Source: Planktothrix sp. GU0601_MAG3
Lineage (GTDB): Bacteria; Cyanobacteriota; Cyanobacteriia; Cyanobacteriales; Microcoleaceae
DNA length: 64,000 nt
Direction of reading: 5' to 3'
NCBI GenBank assembly: GCA_035193785.1
Contig: CP136572.1
Coordinates: 928,001-992,000, forward strand
Positions 33,777 through 47,037 of the stretch are shown piece after piece. The translations under genes were made by a program, and so were the position numbers. The notes under the pieces are model-generated. The model was given only the letters and a program-made list of their open reading frames with translations. It had not been told where the DNA came from and ran no database searches. Positions within the stretch are counted from its first letter, which is position 1. Each line of letters opens with the position of its first letter.

Positions 33777-34341
33777 ATGACCTTACAAGTTTTAGTTGAA
33801 AAGAAAAAGTTAGAAAAACCTCCCTTTGAGATTCACTATTTAGGCGATCGCGCCTTGAGAAACCCCAGCCAAAAGAGTTTCCCGCATTGATGATGAAATT
33901 CGCCAACTGGTGCGGGAGATGTTACAAACCATGTATAGTGCTGATGGTATTGGTTTAGCCGCGCCCCAAGTCGGCGTGAATAAACAGGTGATTGTGATTG
34001 ACTGCGAACCGGATAATGCGGCTAACCCCCCTTTAGTCCTGATTAACCCGACTATTGTTAAATCCAGTAAGGAAATTTCACCGTTTCAAGAAGGGTGTTT
34101 GAGTATTCCGGGGGTTTATATGGATGTGACTCGCCCGGAAGTCGTGGAAGTGTCTTTTAAAGACGAAAATGGCAGACCGCGCACCCTGAAAGCCACGGAA
34201 TTATTAGGTCGGGCCATTCAACATGAAATGGATCATTTGAATGGGGTTTTATTTGTGGATCGAGTGGAGAATAAATTGGCTTTAAATGAAGAATTAGCCA
34301 AGCATAAATTCTCACCTAAAGCTGTTAAATCTGTTAAATAA
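33777..34341 (+). CDS. def: peptide deformylase; apparent +1 frameshift at ~33860
   Basis: GIGLAAPQVG, EGCLS, QHEMDH; N-terminal GDRALRTPA after correction. Confidence 0.95.
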
Positions 34342-34357
34342 TATAGGATAATTCAAG

Positions 34358-34561
34358 ATGGTCGGTACTCCCAAAAGTATGGTTTTTTTATTAGGGTCTT
34401 GTGTAGCTGCGATCGCTTCCGTGGGTTCGGTTTTTGAACTATCCTCGGGAAATCCACAATTGGGAGGTTTAACCACCAGTGTGATTTTAGCCTTGAGTAT
34501 TCCTTTAGGTGTGTTCCTATTTTTTGCCGCCGTTAAAGATGCTCAAATGAATCAAGAATAA
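34358..34561 (+). CDS. small two-TM hypothetical protein
   Basis: Two hydrophobic helices, AGGA RBS, follows def. Confidence 0.7.
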   Translation: MVGTPKSMVFLLGSCVAAIASVGSVFELSSGNPQLGGLTTSVILALSIPLGVFLFFAAVKDAQMNQE

Positions 34562-34661
34562 ACCTCTAGTAGTGAGCCCTTCAGGGCTTACTATTAGGGG
34601 TCGTGGCTAAGACATGGGGGAGGACGGAACAATTGGGCTTTTTGACAATAGGTAGAGGTAA

Positions 34662-35600
34662 ATGCAGATTACATTTTTAGGTACTAGCTCGGGGGTTCCC
34701 ACGCGATCGCGTAATGTTTCCAGTATAGCTATGCGTTTACCGCAACGGGCTGAAATTTGGCTGTTTGACTGTGGAGAGGGGACGCAGCACCAATTCCTCC
34801 GCAGTGATTTAAAAATCAGTCAAATTAGCCGAATTTTTGTTACCCATCTACACGGCGATCATATTTTTGGGTTAATGGGGTTATTAGCCAGTTGTGGGTT
34901 AGCGGGAAATCCCAAACGGATTGATATTTATGGGCCATCGGGATTATCCGAATATTTACAGGGCTGTGTGCGCTATTCCCAAACCCATTTTTCCTATCCG
35001 GTTAAAGTTCATACTGTTGAACCTGGAATGATTTTTGAAGATGAAGAATATCAAGTGGTTTGTGGGCTATTGAAACATCGAGTCCCAGCCTTTGGTTATC
35101 GAATTATTGAAAAAGATAAACCCGGACGATTTGATGTGGAAATGGCTCAAAAATTAGGGATTCCCCCGGGGCCAATTTATGCCCAACTCAAACAGGGACA
35201 GGCTGTTACCCTAGCCAATGGTCAAGTAATTCGGGGTAAGGAATTATGTGGCGAAGCCCAAGTGGGTCGTAAATTCGTCTATTGTACCGATACGGTATTT
35301 TGTGAAGGGGCGGTAGAATTAGCGGAAAATGCAGATGTTTTAGTTCATGAAGCCACCTTCTCCCATCAAGATGCAGAAATGGCTTTTCAAAGATTACATT
35401 CTACCTCCACCATGGCGGCACAGGTCGCACTCGCCGCCGGAGTCAAACAATTAATTATGACCCATTTTAGCCCCCGTTACGCCCCCGGAAATTCAATTAT
35501 TTTAGAGGATTTATTAACGGAAGCCAGAGCCATTTTTCCCCATACAGACATGGCTTATGATTTCCTCACCCATACAATTCCCCGTCGTCCCTCCCCGTAG
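34662..35600 (+). CDS. rnz: ribonuclease Z
   Basis: [36 protein letters not shown]. Confidence 0.96.
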   Translation: MQITFLGTSSGVPTRSRNVSSIAMRLPQRAEIWLFDCGEGTQHQFLRSDLKISQISRIFVTHLHGDHIFGLMGLLASCGLAGNPKRIDIYGPSGLSEYLQGCVRYSQTHFSYPVKVHTVEPGMIFEDEEYQVVCGLLKHRVPAFGYRIIEKDKPGRFDVEMAQKLGIPPGPIYAQLKQGQAVTLANGQVIRGKELCGEAQVGRKFVYCTDTVFCEGAVELAENADVLVHEATFSHQDAEMAFQRLHSTSTMAAQVALAAGVKQLIMTHFSPRYAPGNSIILEDLLTEARAIFPHTDMAYDFLTHTIPRRPSP

Positions 35601-35705
35601 TAAGCCCTTCAGGGCTTTCTTTCCTTCCCCCCGTAGTAAGCCCTTCAGGGCTGTCTTTCCTTCCCCAGTTTTTGGAATAAGAATGAGTCCTGAAGGACTC
35701 ACTAC
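35597..35705. repeat. cluster of GTAGT(A/G)AGCCCTTCAGGGCT REP-like elements; family also at ~3377, ~27439, ~33249, ~33346, ~34569, ~43307
   Basis: Two direct copies plus an inverted degenerate copy (GAGTCCTGAAGGACTCACTAC). Confidence 0.85.
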
Positions 35706-35877
35706 GCAATACTGAACTTTTCTATCCTTTTTTATTCTAACTGGCATCAAATGGGTTTTCTTCAGTCACAGAGAGGGTTTCAGAACTCCTGAACTTATCC
35801 CTATCGACAGTTTAACGGATATCGAACACACTTGAACTATAGATAGATGATATAGGATTCCCCCAGGAGGTAAGACC

Positions 35878-36282
35878 ATGATTAGAACTATTTTAGTCGT
35901 TGAAGATAATCTTGTTAACTGGAAAGTCTTTGAGCGGATTTTAACCAGACGAGGCGGGTTACTAGCAAAACATACTGAAGATGTGGAAACCGTCATGGAA
36001 ATGGCCGCCAACAAACAAGCAGATCTAATTTTAATGGATGTGTCTTTAACCAATAGTTATTATCAAGGAAAAGCCGTTGATGGGGTGACAATTACCCAAA
36101 TGTTAAAAGCGAACCCCGCCACCGCTCAACTTCCAGTTATTTTAGTTACCGCCCATGCGACCACGGGCGATCGCGAAAACCTTTTAGCGCGTAGTGGCGC
36201 CGATGATTATATTCCCAAACCAGTAGTTGATCATAAATCTTTTGTTGAACAAATTAAATCCAGACTCCCCGTAGATCAATGA
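35878..36282 (+). CDS. single-domain response regulator (DivK-like)
   Basis: LVVEDN, LILMDV, VTAHA, YIPKP. Confidence 0.9.
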   Translation: MIRTILVVEDNLVNWKVFERILTRRGGLLAKHTEDVETVMEMAANKQADLILMDVSLTNSYYQGKAVDGVTITQMLKANPATAQLPVILVTAHATTGDRENLLARSGADDYIPKPVVDHKSFVEQIKSRLPVDQ

Positions 36283-36329
36283 AAAAGCATAATTTTACTA
36301 CCTCAAACTTCGTCAAAAATTATGCTTTT
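36283..36329 (+). terminator. AT-rich hairpin AAAAGCATAATTTT...AAAATTATGCTTTT
   Basis: 14-bp inverted repeat right after stop. Confidence 0.45.
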
Positions 36330-36558
36330 ACCAGAGTGCATTATCCTTTAACAATAGGCCATAAACCAGGGAATATTCCGTGAACATTTAGTTAAAAATA
36401 AGCTCTTTGAGAGAAATCCGAAAAGGATTGCCTTTATATTCAATAAACCATTTATTTACCGTCGGTTCCTGATTTAGTTAAATTTATTGAACAAGGTGGA
36501 AAAACTCCTTTATAATAATGTGTTGATGGCAACAAATTTAATGAGGAGTTTAATTAGA

Positions 36559-37344
36559 GTGCAAATTGCGACGTGGAATGTTAATTCAATTAGAACCAGG
36601 AAAGATCAGGTATTACAATGGTTACAAACCAATGAAATTGATATTCTTTGTTTACAGGAAACCAAAGTAATTGATCAGGATTTCCCCCGTTCTGGTTTTG
36701 AAGAATTGGGTTATAATATTTATATTTATGGTCAAAAAGCCTATAACGGGGTCGCAATTTTTAGTAAAACTCCCCTAGAAGCTGTCCATTTGGGATTTTC
36801 GGGGATTTTAAATACTGAACCCTCTCAAAAATTTGATGAGCAAAAACGAGTTTTAACCGGAATTATTGATGGAATTACTATAGTTAATTTATACGTTCCC
36901 AATGGTTCCAGTATTGACAGCGACAAATATCACTATAAATTAAACTGGTTAAACTATCTCAAAGAATATTTAAAAATTCTGTTAAATCAAACTGAAAAGA
37001 TTTGTATTTGTGGGGATTTTAATATTGCTTTAGAAGATATTGATATTCATAACCCCAAGGGTCGAGAAACCCATATTATGGCGAGTGATGCTGAACGTCA
37101 GGCCTTAGAATCAATATTAGAATTAGGCTTTAAAGACGCCTTTCGCAAGTTCACCACCGAAGGGGGACAATTTAGTTGGTGGGACTATCGCCAAGGCTCC
37201 TTCCGACGCAATACCGGATGGCGCATTGATACCCATTATTTGACCTTACCCCTGTATGAAGTCGCCAGTAGTTCCATCATCGATAAAACCCCTAGAACCT
37301 GGGAACAACCGAGCGATCACACCCCGGTTATTATAACTCTCTAG
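36559..37344 (+). CDS. xth: exodeoxyribonuclease III
   Basis: ATWNVNS, LQETK, YNGVA, GDFN, WWDYR, SDHTP; GTG start after GAGGAG. Confidence 0.95.
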   Translation: MQIATWNVNSIRTRKDQVLQWLQTNEIDILCLQETKVIDQDFPRSGFEELGYNIYIYGQKAYNGVAIFSKTPLEAVHLGFSGILNTEPSQKFDEQKRVLTGIIDGITIVNLYVPNGSSIDSDKYHYKLNWLNYLKEYLKILLNQTEKICICGDFNIALEDIDIHNPKGRETHIMASDAERQALESILELGFKDAFRKFTTEGGQFSWWDYRQGSFRRNTGWRIDTHYLTLPLYEVASSSIIDKTPRTWEQPSDHTPVIITL

Positions 37345-37438
37345 TCCCCTTTCTCAACTTTCTGGAGAAAAATATTTAGTAAAGGGCACAAATAGGGTAT
37401 GATAATAGTTTGTGCAAAATCTTCATTAATCTAGGCTC

Positions 37439-37618
37439 ATGGCTGTACCCAAGAAGAAAATGTCCAGGTCGAGACGCGATATGCGCAAGGCGACTTGGAA
37501 GCGGAAAGCAAGACTGCAAGCTGAAAAAGCGTTATCCCTCGGTAAGTCTGTTCTCACAGGTCGTTCTACAGGATTTTACTATCCCACTAACGACCAAGAA
37601 GAAGGCGACGAAGAATAA
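37439..37618 (+). CDS. rpmF: 50S ribosomal protein L32 (59 aa, below ORF-track cutoff)
   Basis: Manual translation [59 protein letters not shown]. Confidence 0.95.
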   Translation: MAVPKKKMSRSRRDMRKATWKRKARLQAEKALSLGKSVLTGRSTGFYYPTNDQEEGDEE

Positions 37619-37650
37619 ACGATTGGACTGTGCGAAACTACATAAAGATA

Positions 37651-37695
37651 GGGGCGAGAAAGCCTCTCTGTTCGGGAGAGGAAAACTCGCCTTTA
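37651..37695 (+). terminator. hairpin after rpmF
   Basis: GGCGAG..CCTCTC-loop-GAGAGG..CTCGCC followed by T-rich tail. Confidence 0.55.
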
Positions 37696-37806
37696 TTGTT
37701 TGGAGATTTAGACATTAATAAAACCCATATTCCGCACCATAAAATGTAATAAATTATTATTCAAAAATTTCTCTCTGGTGAACACCCTTAACCAATAATA
37801 TATTAA

Positions 37807-39010
37807 TTACATTTTGTCGGGCGAAATTTGGGCTGTGGCTTCACTGTTACGGTAGTTGAAAGCCAGGTCGAGAATTTTAGCCCAACGTTTTTGGACTTGT
37901 TTGGGAGTGCATTTGAGGATAGAGGCGATCGCTTTATCCGTTTCTTCTTGGTCTTTGAGTTGTAATAACTGTTGCTGATCGACGGATAATTGGGCTTGGA
38001 AAGCTTGCCATTGTTCGCCCGTCATCCCCAATTTTTGGTTAATATCGGCCCCTAACCATTCATGCACAAGTTTCCAGTTGTTAGACCGGGCAAATTTTTC
38101 GACGTGGTATTTAAACCGTTGTTGCAGATAGTCCCGTTCCCGGGCGGTTAACCCCAGGGCTTTATCAATATCGCAGGCTTGGAGATCTTGCATTTTCAGC
38201 TTTAAATATCTGACACAATCGGTTTGTCCTTGGGATTCTAAATATTGAATCAGTTCATTAATTACCCGATCTCGTAATACACTTTCTGCGGGATCAACGG
38301 TTTCAGAAACCATTTTTTCCCGAATTTGCTGCATTGCAGATGTCCGACTTTGGGCTTCGGCTTCTTCGGTTTTGCCACCTTCAACGGCTAATTCAATATC
38401 CATAGAGGTTTCAGGGGGTTGACCTTTAGCAAACCCTTGGGCGCGTAACACAATTAACCGTTGACGGTTACGACCGGGTAAACCGATCTGACGTTTGGCA
38501 TACTGTTCACTAAAGGCCATATATTCCGCTAATTCTAAACGGGTATGGGGGGTATAGTTAGCTTCCAGGGCGTGTTTCCCGACGAAAAGCCCGCAGGGAT
38601 TCGACATAAAATCCTTGTAAAAAGTCTTCAATTAAGTTGTAACGGGCTTGGAAGCTCAACTGAGACTCAAAGGAAGCAACGTGACGGTAGACCATGGCCG
38701 CGAGGTGAGAGTGGAGTTCTACCCGACCTTGACGAGAGCCTAGTTTGTAATACTCTAAGCACTTTTGCAAGCGGTGACGGGCTAAACTTAACTGCCAGGT
38801 TTGCACATCGCCGGAGGTTTGAATCCGGTTGCTTTTTTCACAAATGCGTTCTACTTCCAGGGCCATCCGTAGCGTCACTGTCCGACCACTGGCGGGAAGG
38901 GTTTTAACGGTTGTTTGTAATTCTTGTAATAAAAGTTGAGCTAGGGCTTGGGGATTAATAGAATTAAGAGTAACTTCAGAATCTTGAATTAAAATATCTT
39001 GTGCAAACAT
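37807..39010 (-). CDS. HetZ-related protein; apparent +1 frameshift at ~38576
   Basis: EVERIC.KSNRIQ.SG, YYKLGS.QGRVELHS, LIEDFLQGFY, LAEYMAF.EQYAKR, RERDYLQQRFKYH. Confidence 0.8.
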
Positions 39011-39343
39011 GATGGTTTTCCTTGGGTAAAGCACTGTGTACAGGAGGGGAGAGTTAAAGGCGGTTTGGTATTTCCTGATTCAACTCTCTACACTTTGAAT
39101 AGTAGAAGCAGCCCCTTTGGAGTAGTGACATCAATGTTCCACTCTCTGATGTAACTGATTAGGTGCGGTGGGTTTATCCTCTACATCCAGCCCTTGTGCA
39201 TTACCCTAAAAGCCTTATTCAATCGGTCTTACAACCCTATTTTATTTCCCCTGATCACAGCGAGTTTTTCCCGGGGTTGCCGATATTATCCCTAGACCAG
39301 TTTCACAATTGGCTATAGATTGTCCTACTTCTAACATCAAGCG

Positions 39344-39371
39344 GTAGGGGCGAATGGCCATTCGCCCCTAC
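39344..39371. repeat. REP palindrome GTAGGGGCGAATGGCCATTCGCCCCTAC
   Basis: Perfect 28-bp palindrome. Confidence 0.9.
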
Positions 39372-39412
39372 TTGATTTAAACTTCCAGTTTTACACAAAG
39401 TTAATCTTTTTA

Positions 39413-39563
39413 TATAGCAATCCTAAATCAGTTGTACAAATAGCTGGAAATCCAAATAATCGTAGGGGCGAGGCGCGCCTCGCCCCTACACCGAATTTGT
39501 GTCCATTTTTTAGGGTTAATAATTTTGATCATTATTTTGTACAATTCATTTAGACTTGCTATA
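39413..39563. mobile_element. TA-flanked MITE with ~28-bp imperfect TIRs and central REP
   Basis: TATAGCAATCCTAAATCAGTTGTACAAA / TTTGTACAATTCATTTAGACTTGCTATA; central GTAGGGGCGAGGCGCGCCTCGCCCCTAC; abuts obgE stop. Confidence 0.8.
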
Positions 39564-39565
39564 TA

Positions 39566-40685
<1,120 letters not shown>

Positions 40686-40722
40686 TTATAGGGATCTGAA
40701 CAATTGCCAAAAATATCGATTC

Positions 40723-41451
40723 TTAGCTCCGATTTGCCTGGAAATAATAATAAGTTGCCATCGGCACCACCGTTGCAACGATTAACAAGACCACTACTAT
40801 AATTGTAGCACTGGTATCGTCAGTTTCTTCGGCTGATTTAAAGGTGCTTTCCACACTAATATTATCCTGTTCTAGGGGCGGGCCAGGATCGGGTTCTCCC
40901 GATAAAACCGTAGAGATGCGCTCACTGGCTGCAATAAACGCCTCGTTATATTTATCGCCTTTACGAAGCGGATATTTTAGGGTTTTTTCCACAACACTTT
41001 CAGCTATTTCATCGGTTAATAATGATTTAGTTTTTTCTCCTGTTTGGATTGCCGCATTATTCGTTAATAAATCCAAAACTAATAGGGTTTGATTGCTGGC
41101 AACTTCTGGAGTCGGAAACCATTTTTGAAAGACTTTTTCAGTAAAAGTTTCAATGGTTTCTCCATAATCTAAACGGCGAATGGTTAAAAATCGAACCTCG
41201 TATCCCGTTTTTTTGGCTAACTCGGATAAACTACTATTTAAGCGTCTTTCCGTAATCCGGCTGAGAACACCATCGAGTTCCACAACCCAAGTTTGATCCC
41301 CAGAGGACACAGTTGGAACTTGATAAACGCCCGTTGCTAAAGCTGGAGTTGCTGAAAATCCCAGGATTACCGTTAACAGGAGGGAAATTATGAATCCTGT
41401 TAATAAGTTCCCCCGATTTAATATTGTTTTAAGCCGTTGTATCATGGTCAA
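40723..41451 (-). CDS. psb32: photosystem II repair protein Psb32 (TPM domain)
   Basis: Signal peptide, TIRRLDYGET, GEPDPGPP, STFKSAEETDD, C-terminal TM. Confidence 0.85.
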   Translation of the reverse strand: MTMIQRLKTILNRGNLLTGFIISLLLTVILGFSATPALATGVYQVPTVSSGDQTWVVELDGVLSRITERRLNSSLSELAKKTGYEVRFLTIRRLDYGETIETFTEKVFQKWFPTPEVASNQTLLVLDLLTNNAAIQTGEKTKSLLTDEIAESVVEKTLKYPLRKGDKYNEAFIAASERISTVLSGEPDPGPPLEQDNISVESTFKSAEETDDTSATIIVVVLLIVATVVPMATYYYFQANRS

Positions 41452-41642
41452 AATTGATGATATAAGTACAGGGTTCGGTGATACTAACTATACAAGATCC
41501 TGGGGGTGAGTTGACGGTTGAACGGTTGACGATTCAGATGGGTGAAAAATGGCATCTGCGAAAACCAATATCCCCAACCTATTGTCAATGCCACCGCAAC
41601 CATGAACAATCAACTTAGAACTGATCTCTCCCCTGTTACCTT

Positions 41643-43296
41643 ATGCCAAGTTTATTTGATGTTGAACATCTGAGGGTCGCCTATCCCCACTCCCGCCATG
41701 CTCAAATTTGGGCCGTTGATGATGTCTGCTTCTCCCTAGAGCCCGGAGAACGTCTGGGACTGGTGGGGGAGTCCGGTTGCGGAAAATCTACCATTGGGCG
41801 GGCGGTGATGCGGTTGTTACCCACGACCAGCGAAATTCAGGGACAGGTGCGGTTTGAAGGACAACCAGTGTTTGGGATGGATGAAAAACGGTTAAGACAG
41901 TTTCGGGGGGAGGCGGTGGCTTTGGTCTTTCAAGACCCCATGACTCGCCTTGACCCGTTGATGACCATTGGCGATCATTGTTTAGAAACTCTTAAAGCCC
42001 ATCGTCCTCAATTATCTAATTCCCAAGCTAAAAATAAAGCTTTAGAAGTATTAGAAGCGGTGAAAATTCCCGCTAACCGATGGTCACAATATCCCCATGA
42101 ATTTAGTGGGGGAATGCGTCAACGGGTAGCCATCGCTTTAGCCCTATTACTTGACCCGAAATTAATTGTAGCCGACGAACCGACCACCAGTTTAGATGTC
42201 ACGGTTTCGGCTCAAATTTTACAGGAATTAACTCGACTTTGTGAACAACGGGGAACGGCTATTTTATTGATTTCCCATGATTTAGCTATGGTGGGGGAAT
42301 ATTGTGATCGAATTGCGGTGATGTACCAAGGGAAAATGGTGGAAATGGGAGCCTCGGAAACGGTGTTTCAAGATCCTCAACATCCCTACACCCAATCTTT
42401 ATTAAAATCGGCTTTACACTTACAGGATATTAAAAATAAAGAAGTCAATCCGATTTCAGAAACCGCTCGATCTTCTGTCCAACCCTTATTATCAATTAAA
42501 GATTTACAACAATATTATACCTTAGAATCGGGATTTATTCAACAGATTTTTTCTAAGCAAAAAAAATCCGTAATTAAAGCTGTTGATGGGATTAATTTAG
42601 AGTTATATCCTGGGGAAATATTGGGTTTAGTGGGAGAATCGGGTTGTGGAAAAAGTACCCTCTCGCGGACAATTTTACAATTAATTCGGGCGACCCATGG
42701 AAGTGTAGAATTTTTGGGAACAGATTTAACTCAATTATCGACTCAACAGGTGCGAAAATATCGCCGTCAAATGCAAATGATCTTTCAAGATCCCCATGCT
42801 TGTTTGAATCCAATGATGACGGTGGGAGAAAGTATTGCTGACCCGCTTTTAATTCATAAATTAGCCACTCCAGAGGAGGCAAAAAACCAAGTTTTAGCGA
42901 TGTTAGAAACGGGTGGGATTAACACCAGCTACGGAATATTATCAACGGTATGGGGGGGAATTATCGGGGGGACAACAACAACGGGTAGCGATCGCTAGAG
43001 CCTTAATGACTCATCCAAAATTATTAATTTGTGATGAGCCCGTGAGTATGTTAGATGCCAGTGTTCAAGCCCAAGTTTTAGATTTAATGTTAGAATTAAA
43101 ACAAGAGTTTAATTTAACCTATTTATTTATTACCCATGATTTATGGGTAGCTCGGTTTTTATCCGATCGGATTGCGGTGATGAACGGCGGTAAAATTGTG
43201 GAATTAGGAGAAACAGAATCAATATTTACTAATCCCCAACATCCCTACACCCAAACCCTATTATCGGCTATTCCTTCCCTAGCAAAAACAATATAA
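41643..43296 (+). CDS. peptide ABC transporter ATP-binding protein with two ATPase domains; apparent +1 frameshift at ~42907
   Basis: Two [17 protein letters not shown] / [12 protein letters not shown] motifs. Confidence 0.92.
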
Positions 43297-43358
43297 TAAT
43301 CACCGCGTAGTGAGCCCTTCAGGGCTCAATCATCTCTTTGTCAATCACCTAAATTGTT

Positions 43359-44504
43359 ATGAAAAAACTGGTTTTAATCGGTGGAGGACATAGCCATGCG
43401 ATCGCCTTAAAACAATTGGGAATTAATCCCTTATCAGATGTTGAATTAACATTAATTACGGATGTCATTCAAACCCCCTATTCAGGAATGTTACCCGGGT
43501 ATATTGCTGGGTTTTATAGTTTTGATCAATGTCATATTGATTTACCTTCCTTAGCTCAATTTGCTCAGGCTAAACTTTATATTGATTCAGCCATTGGTTT
43601 AGATTTAGAAAAAAATCTTGTTATCTGTAAAAATAATACTTCCATTCCCTTTGATATTCTATCTATTGATATTGGGAGCACTCCCACAACCTTAACTATT
43701 CCTGGGGCGATAAAATATACTATTCCTGTTAAACCCATTTCTCAATTTTTGCAATATTGGGATCAATTGATTAAAGAAATTAAGCAAAATCCCCAACAAA
43801 AAATTAGATTAGCCATTGTGGGTGGGGGTGCGGGAGGGGTTGAATTAGCTTTGAATATTCATAGCCATCTAACGCAAATTTATCAACAATTTAATCAACC
43901 TTTCAATCAGTTAGAATTACATCTGATTCATAGCGGTAATCGGCTATTATCTGAACGACATCCTCGTTTAAGTCAGAAGGTAGAAACTATTCTTGGAAAT
44001 CGCAATATTCATGTACACTTAAATCAAACTGTTAATCAAATTAATCAAAATCAGGTTAAAATAATTAGCTGTACATCGGGACTAACCCTAGAATGCGATC
44101 GCATTTTTTGGGTAACACAAGCATCAGCATCTCCTTGGTTACAACCCACAGGAATTGCAACCGATAACAGGGGATTTATTCTCGTTAATCATTACTTACA
44201 ATCTATTTCCCATCCCCAAGTTTTTGCCGCCGGAGATATCGCCACAATGGTTAATTATCCTCGACCAAAAGCCGGAGTTTTTGCAGTGCGTCAAGGTCAA
44301 CCTTTATTTGAGAATTTAAAACAAAGTTTACAAGAAAAACCCCTAAAACTCTTTATTCCTCAAAAAGAATTTTTAATTTTAATTGGGACAGGAGATCAAA
44401 AAGCGATCGCATCTAAAGGAAGGTTTAATCTTGGGCCTAATTTTTTATTTTGGCGATGGAAAGATTATATAGATCAAAAATTTATGAGACAGTTTAACCT
44501 TTAA
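43359..44504 (+). CDS. FAD-dependent pyridine nucleotide-disulfide oxidoreductase (SelD N-terminal-like)
   Basis: GGGHSH, YSGMLPG, GGGAGG.E, FAAGD, PKAGVFAVRQG. Confidence 0.85.
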   Translation: MKKLVLIGGGHSHAIALKQLGINPLSDVELTLITDVIQTPYSGMLPGYIAGFYSFDQCHIDLPSLAQFAQAKLYIDSAIGLDLEKNLVICKNNTSIPFDILSIDIGSTPTTLTIPGAIKYTIPVKPISQFLQYWDQLIKEIKQNPQQKIRLAIVGGGAGGVELALNIHSHLTQIYQQFNQPFNQLELHLIHSGNRLLSERHPRLSQKVETILGNRNIHVHLNQTVNQINQNQVKIISCTSGLTLECDRIFWVTQASASPWLQPTGIATDNRGFILVNHYLQSISHPQVFAAGDIATMVNYPRPKAGVFAVRQGQPLFENLKQSLQEKPLKLFIPQKEFLILIGTGDQKAIASKGRFNLGPNFLFWRWKDYIDQKFMRQFNL

Positions 44505-44739
44505 TATCAAAGATTAACACTGATTATAAGCTGCGGGCACATCTAAATCAGGTATAGGATCATCGTCAAACTCTTGTATTGCTAGAATATACAGTTTAAC
44601 TGCCTAATATCTTAAAATAAAAAAAATAAAAATTAAATTATAATAATGATACTAAATTACCACAAACTTTATGATATATTAACAGTAAGGTAAAAAAAAT
44701 ATGACAATAAATTGACAATAGAGTGAGGTAAACGCCAGA

Positions 44740-45733
44740 GTGAGCAAATATAAACGTAGTTTAGTAGAACTTCGAGAAAAAGCTGTTTTAAACTGGCCAG
44801 TAGAAACTACTTGATCAAGCGGGTGAAGCGAGTGTCCTTCCTCTATTACTCAAAACACAAGATAAATTTATTAGTATTCTAACTCTTGCTGATTCTGAGC
44901 CTGAATCTTGGCAAAAATTTGTTGATCTTTCTCTGGATATCCCAGGAAACGTTTTTCTTAAACATTTGATGGTTTTGAGTGATTTAGGTGGAGAATCTTT
45001 AAACAAGTATCCACCTATCAGTAAGTATTTTGAAAATAATCGGATGGATTATATATGGAAAACAAAAAAATATTCCTATCAATTCAAGGTTGTTTTTAAA
45101 AAAGTTCCTTTGACAAATTCTTCCTTAAAAGTAGATGGAAAGTCTTTATTGAAAGGATTTCCCTTAAATGATAAAATGAAAGATGTAGTTATGTTGATTT
45201 TATATGGAGCTACTGCTTTAAATATTAATCTTCCTAATTCGGAAAAGTTTATGATTGGTAGTTTATTAGGAAAGCCAGACGAAATTCAAAATTTTGTGAA
45301 ACAAAATTATATTCGAGTAAGTCGGCAAATTAGTGGAGCAACATCAACTAAACTGGGTAGTCTAGTCGAAGACTTTGTTATCCGTGTTTTAAAAGAAGAG
45401 CTACCTACTTATAAAATTAATCCATTCAAACAAATCGAGGGTACAACATTTGATATTGTTGTTTCTAGTCCCAATAATCAATTATTTGGCATTGAGGTGA
45501 GTTTTCAGTATACAACGAATAGTACAATTGAACGAAAAGCAAGAGAAGCTAAAGACCTAGCAAAATTATTACATAATGCGGGTCATTTTATTTGTCATGT
45601 TATAGATGGAGCAGGTAATATTAACATTAGAGAAAACGCAGTAAGTACAATTTGTAGTTATAGTGATTGTACTGTAGCATTCTCAAAAGAAGAAATTCAA
45701 CTATTAGCCAACTTTATTAGAGAAAATTCATAA
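44740..45733 (+). CDS. type II restriction endonuclease, BanI/HgiCI-like; apparent +1 frameshift at ~44805
   Basis: GTG start, YKRS...NWP, SVLPLL..QD.FISIL, FLKHLMVLSDLGGE, FD..V...IEVSFQ.TTNSTIERK; adjacent to MTase. Confidence 0.75.
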
Positions 45734-45740
45734 CATTACA

Positions 45741-47037
45741 ATGAAAACAATTAAATTCATTGATTTATTTGCTGGAATAGGGGGAATCAGACTTGCTTTT
45801 GAAAAAGCAGCTTTATCATTAGGATTTCAACCTCAATGTTCACTGAGTAGCGAAATTAATCAAGATTCAAGATGGGTTTATCAAGCTAATTTTAAAGAAA
45901 ACCCTTTAGGTGATATTAGAACAATCGAACAATTACCAGAACATGATGTTTTACTGGCGGGTTTTCCCTGTCAATCTTTTTCTTATGCGGGAAAAAAAGA
46001 AGGATTCGGAGATACGAGAGGAACATTGTTTTTTGAAATCATGAGATTAATAGATACAAACAAACCTCAAATTTTAATATTAGAGAATGTACGAGGAATT
46101 CAGACCAATGATCAAGGTAAAACCATTCAAACGATAGAATATGAAATCACGAAAAGAGGCTATAGTTTTCAAATATTTTTATTGAATAGCTGCAATTTTG
46201 GTTTACCTCAAAATCGATTAAGAGCCTACATAATTGCAGTCTTGGGACAATCTCCCAAATTAAATATTACCTCTGATACAGGGCCACAGGATTCCCATTC
46301 TTATATCCAGCAACTTTCTCTATTTCAACAGCATAAATTTTCCAGTGTCAAAACAATTTTAGAAGATGATCCTGATTTTAAATATGATTGTTCTCCTCTT
46401 TTTATTGAACACTTAAAGAAACATTTGAAAGGTGATTTGGAAAGGTTACATGGAAAAAGATTAATTGATTATAGAGGAGGAAACTCGATACACTCTTGGG
46501 AAACTGGGTTTAAAAGGAGAATGTAGTCCGCAGGAAATTGAGTTAATGAATCGTTTTATTTTGAAAAGACGAAATAAAGAGTTTGGCGAGGAACAAGATG
46601 GAAAGCTTTTAACTCAAGCTCAAATAGCGACGTTTTTTAATCCCCCTGATTTAGATGATGTTCTTAAATCATTAGTCAATAAAAAATATCTTAAAATTAT
46701 TAATAATCAATATAAACCTGTGAGTGGTAATTTTTCTTTTGAGGTATATAAATTTTTAGATCCTGAATCAATTGCTGTGACTTTGGTAGCTAGTGATGCG
46801 AATAAATTGGGTATTTATCATAATCATCGTGTTCGTCGGATTACGCCCCGTGAAGCGGCTCGTTTACAAGGTTTTCCTGATCAGTTTTGTCTACATTATC
46901 ATAATGATAAAGCCTATTATCAATTGGGAAATTCTGTTAGTATTAATGTGGTGGAGTTTCTTGTTAAGGAAGTTTTGCTAAAGGTATCTGTTGGTGCGAT
47001 CACATTACCAACGCAACCTATAATTTTCAATCCTTGA
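45741..47037 (+). CDS. C5 cytosine methyltransferase, M.HgiCI/M.BanI-like (GGYRCC predicted); apparent +1 frameshift at ~46501
   Basis: DLFAGIGG, GFPCQ, ENV, PQNR, IDYRGGNSIHSWELG, ARLQGFP, GNSV. Confidence 0.9.

Noticed and set aside
37410..37718. 102-aa ORF in the track
   Set aside because: Overlaps the real rpmF in another frame
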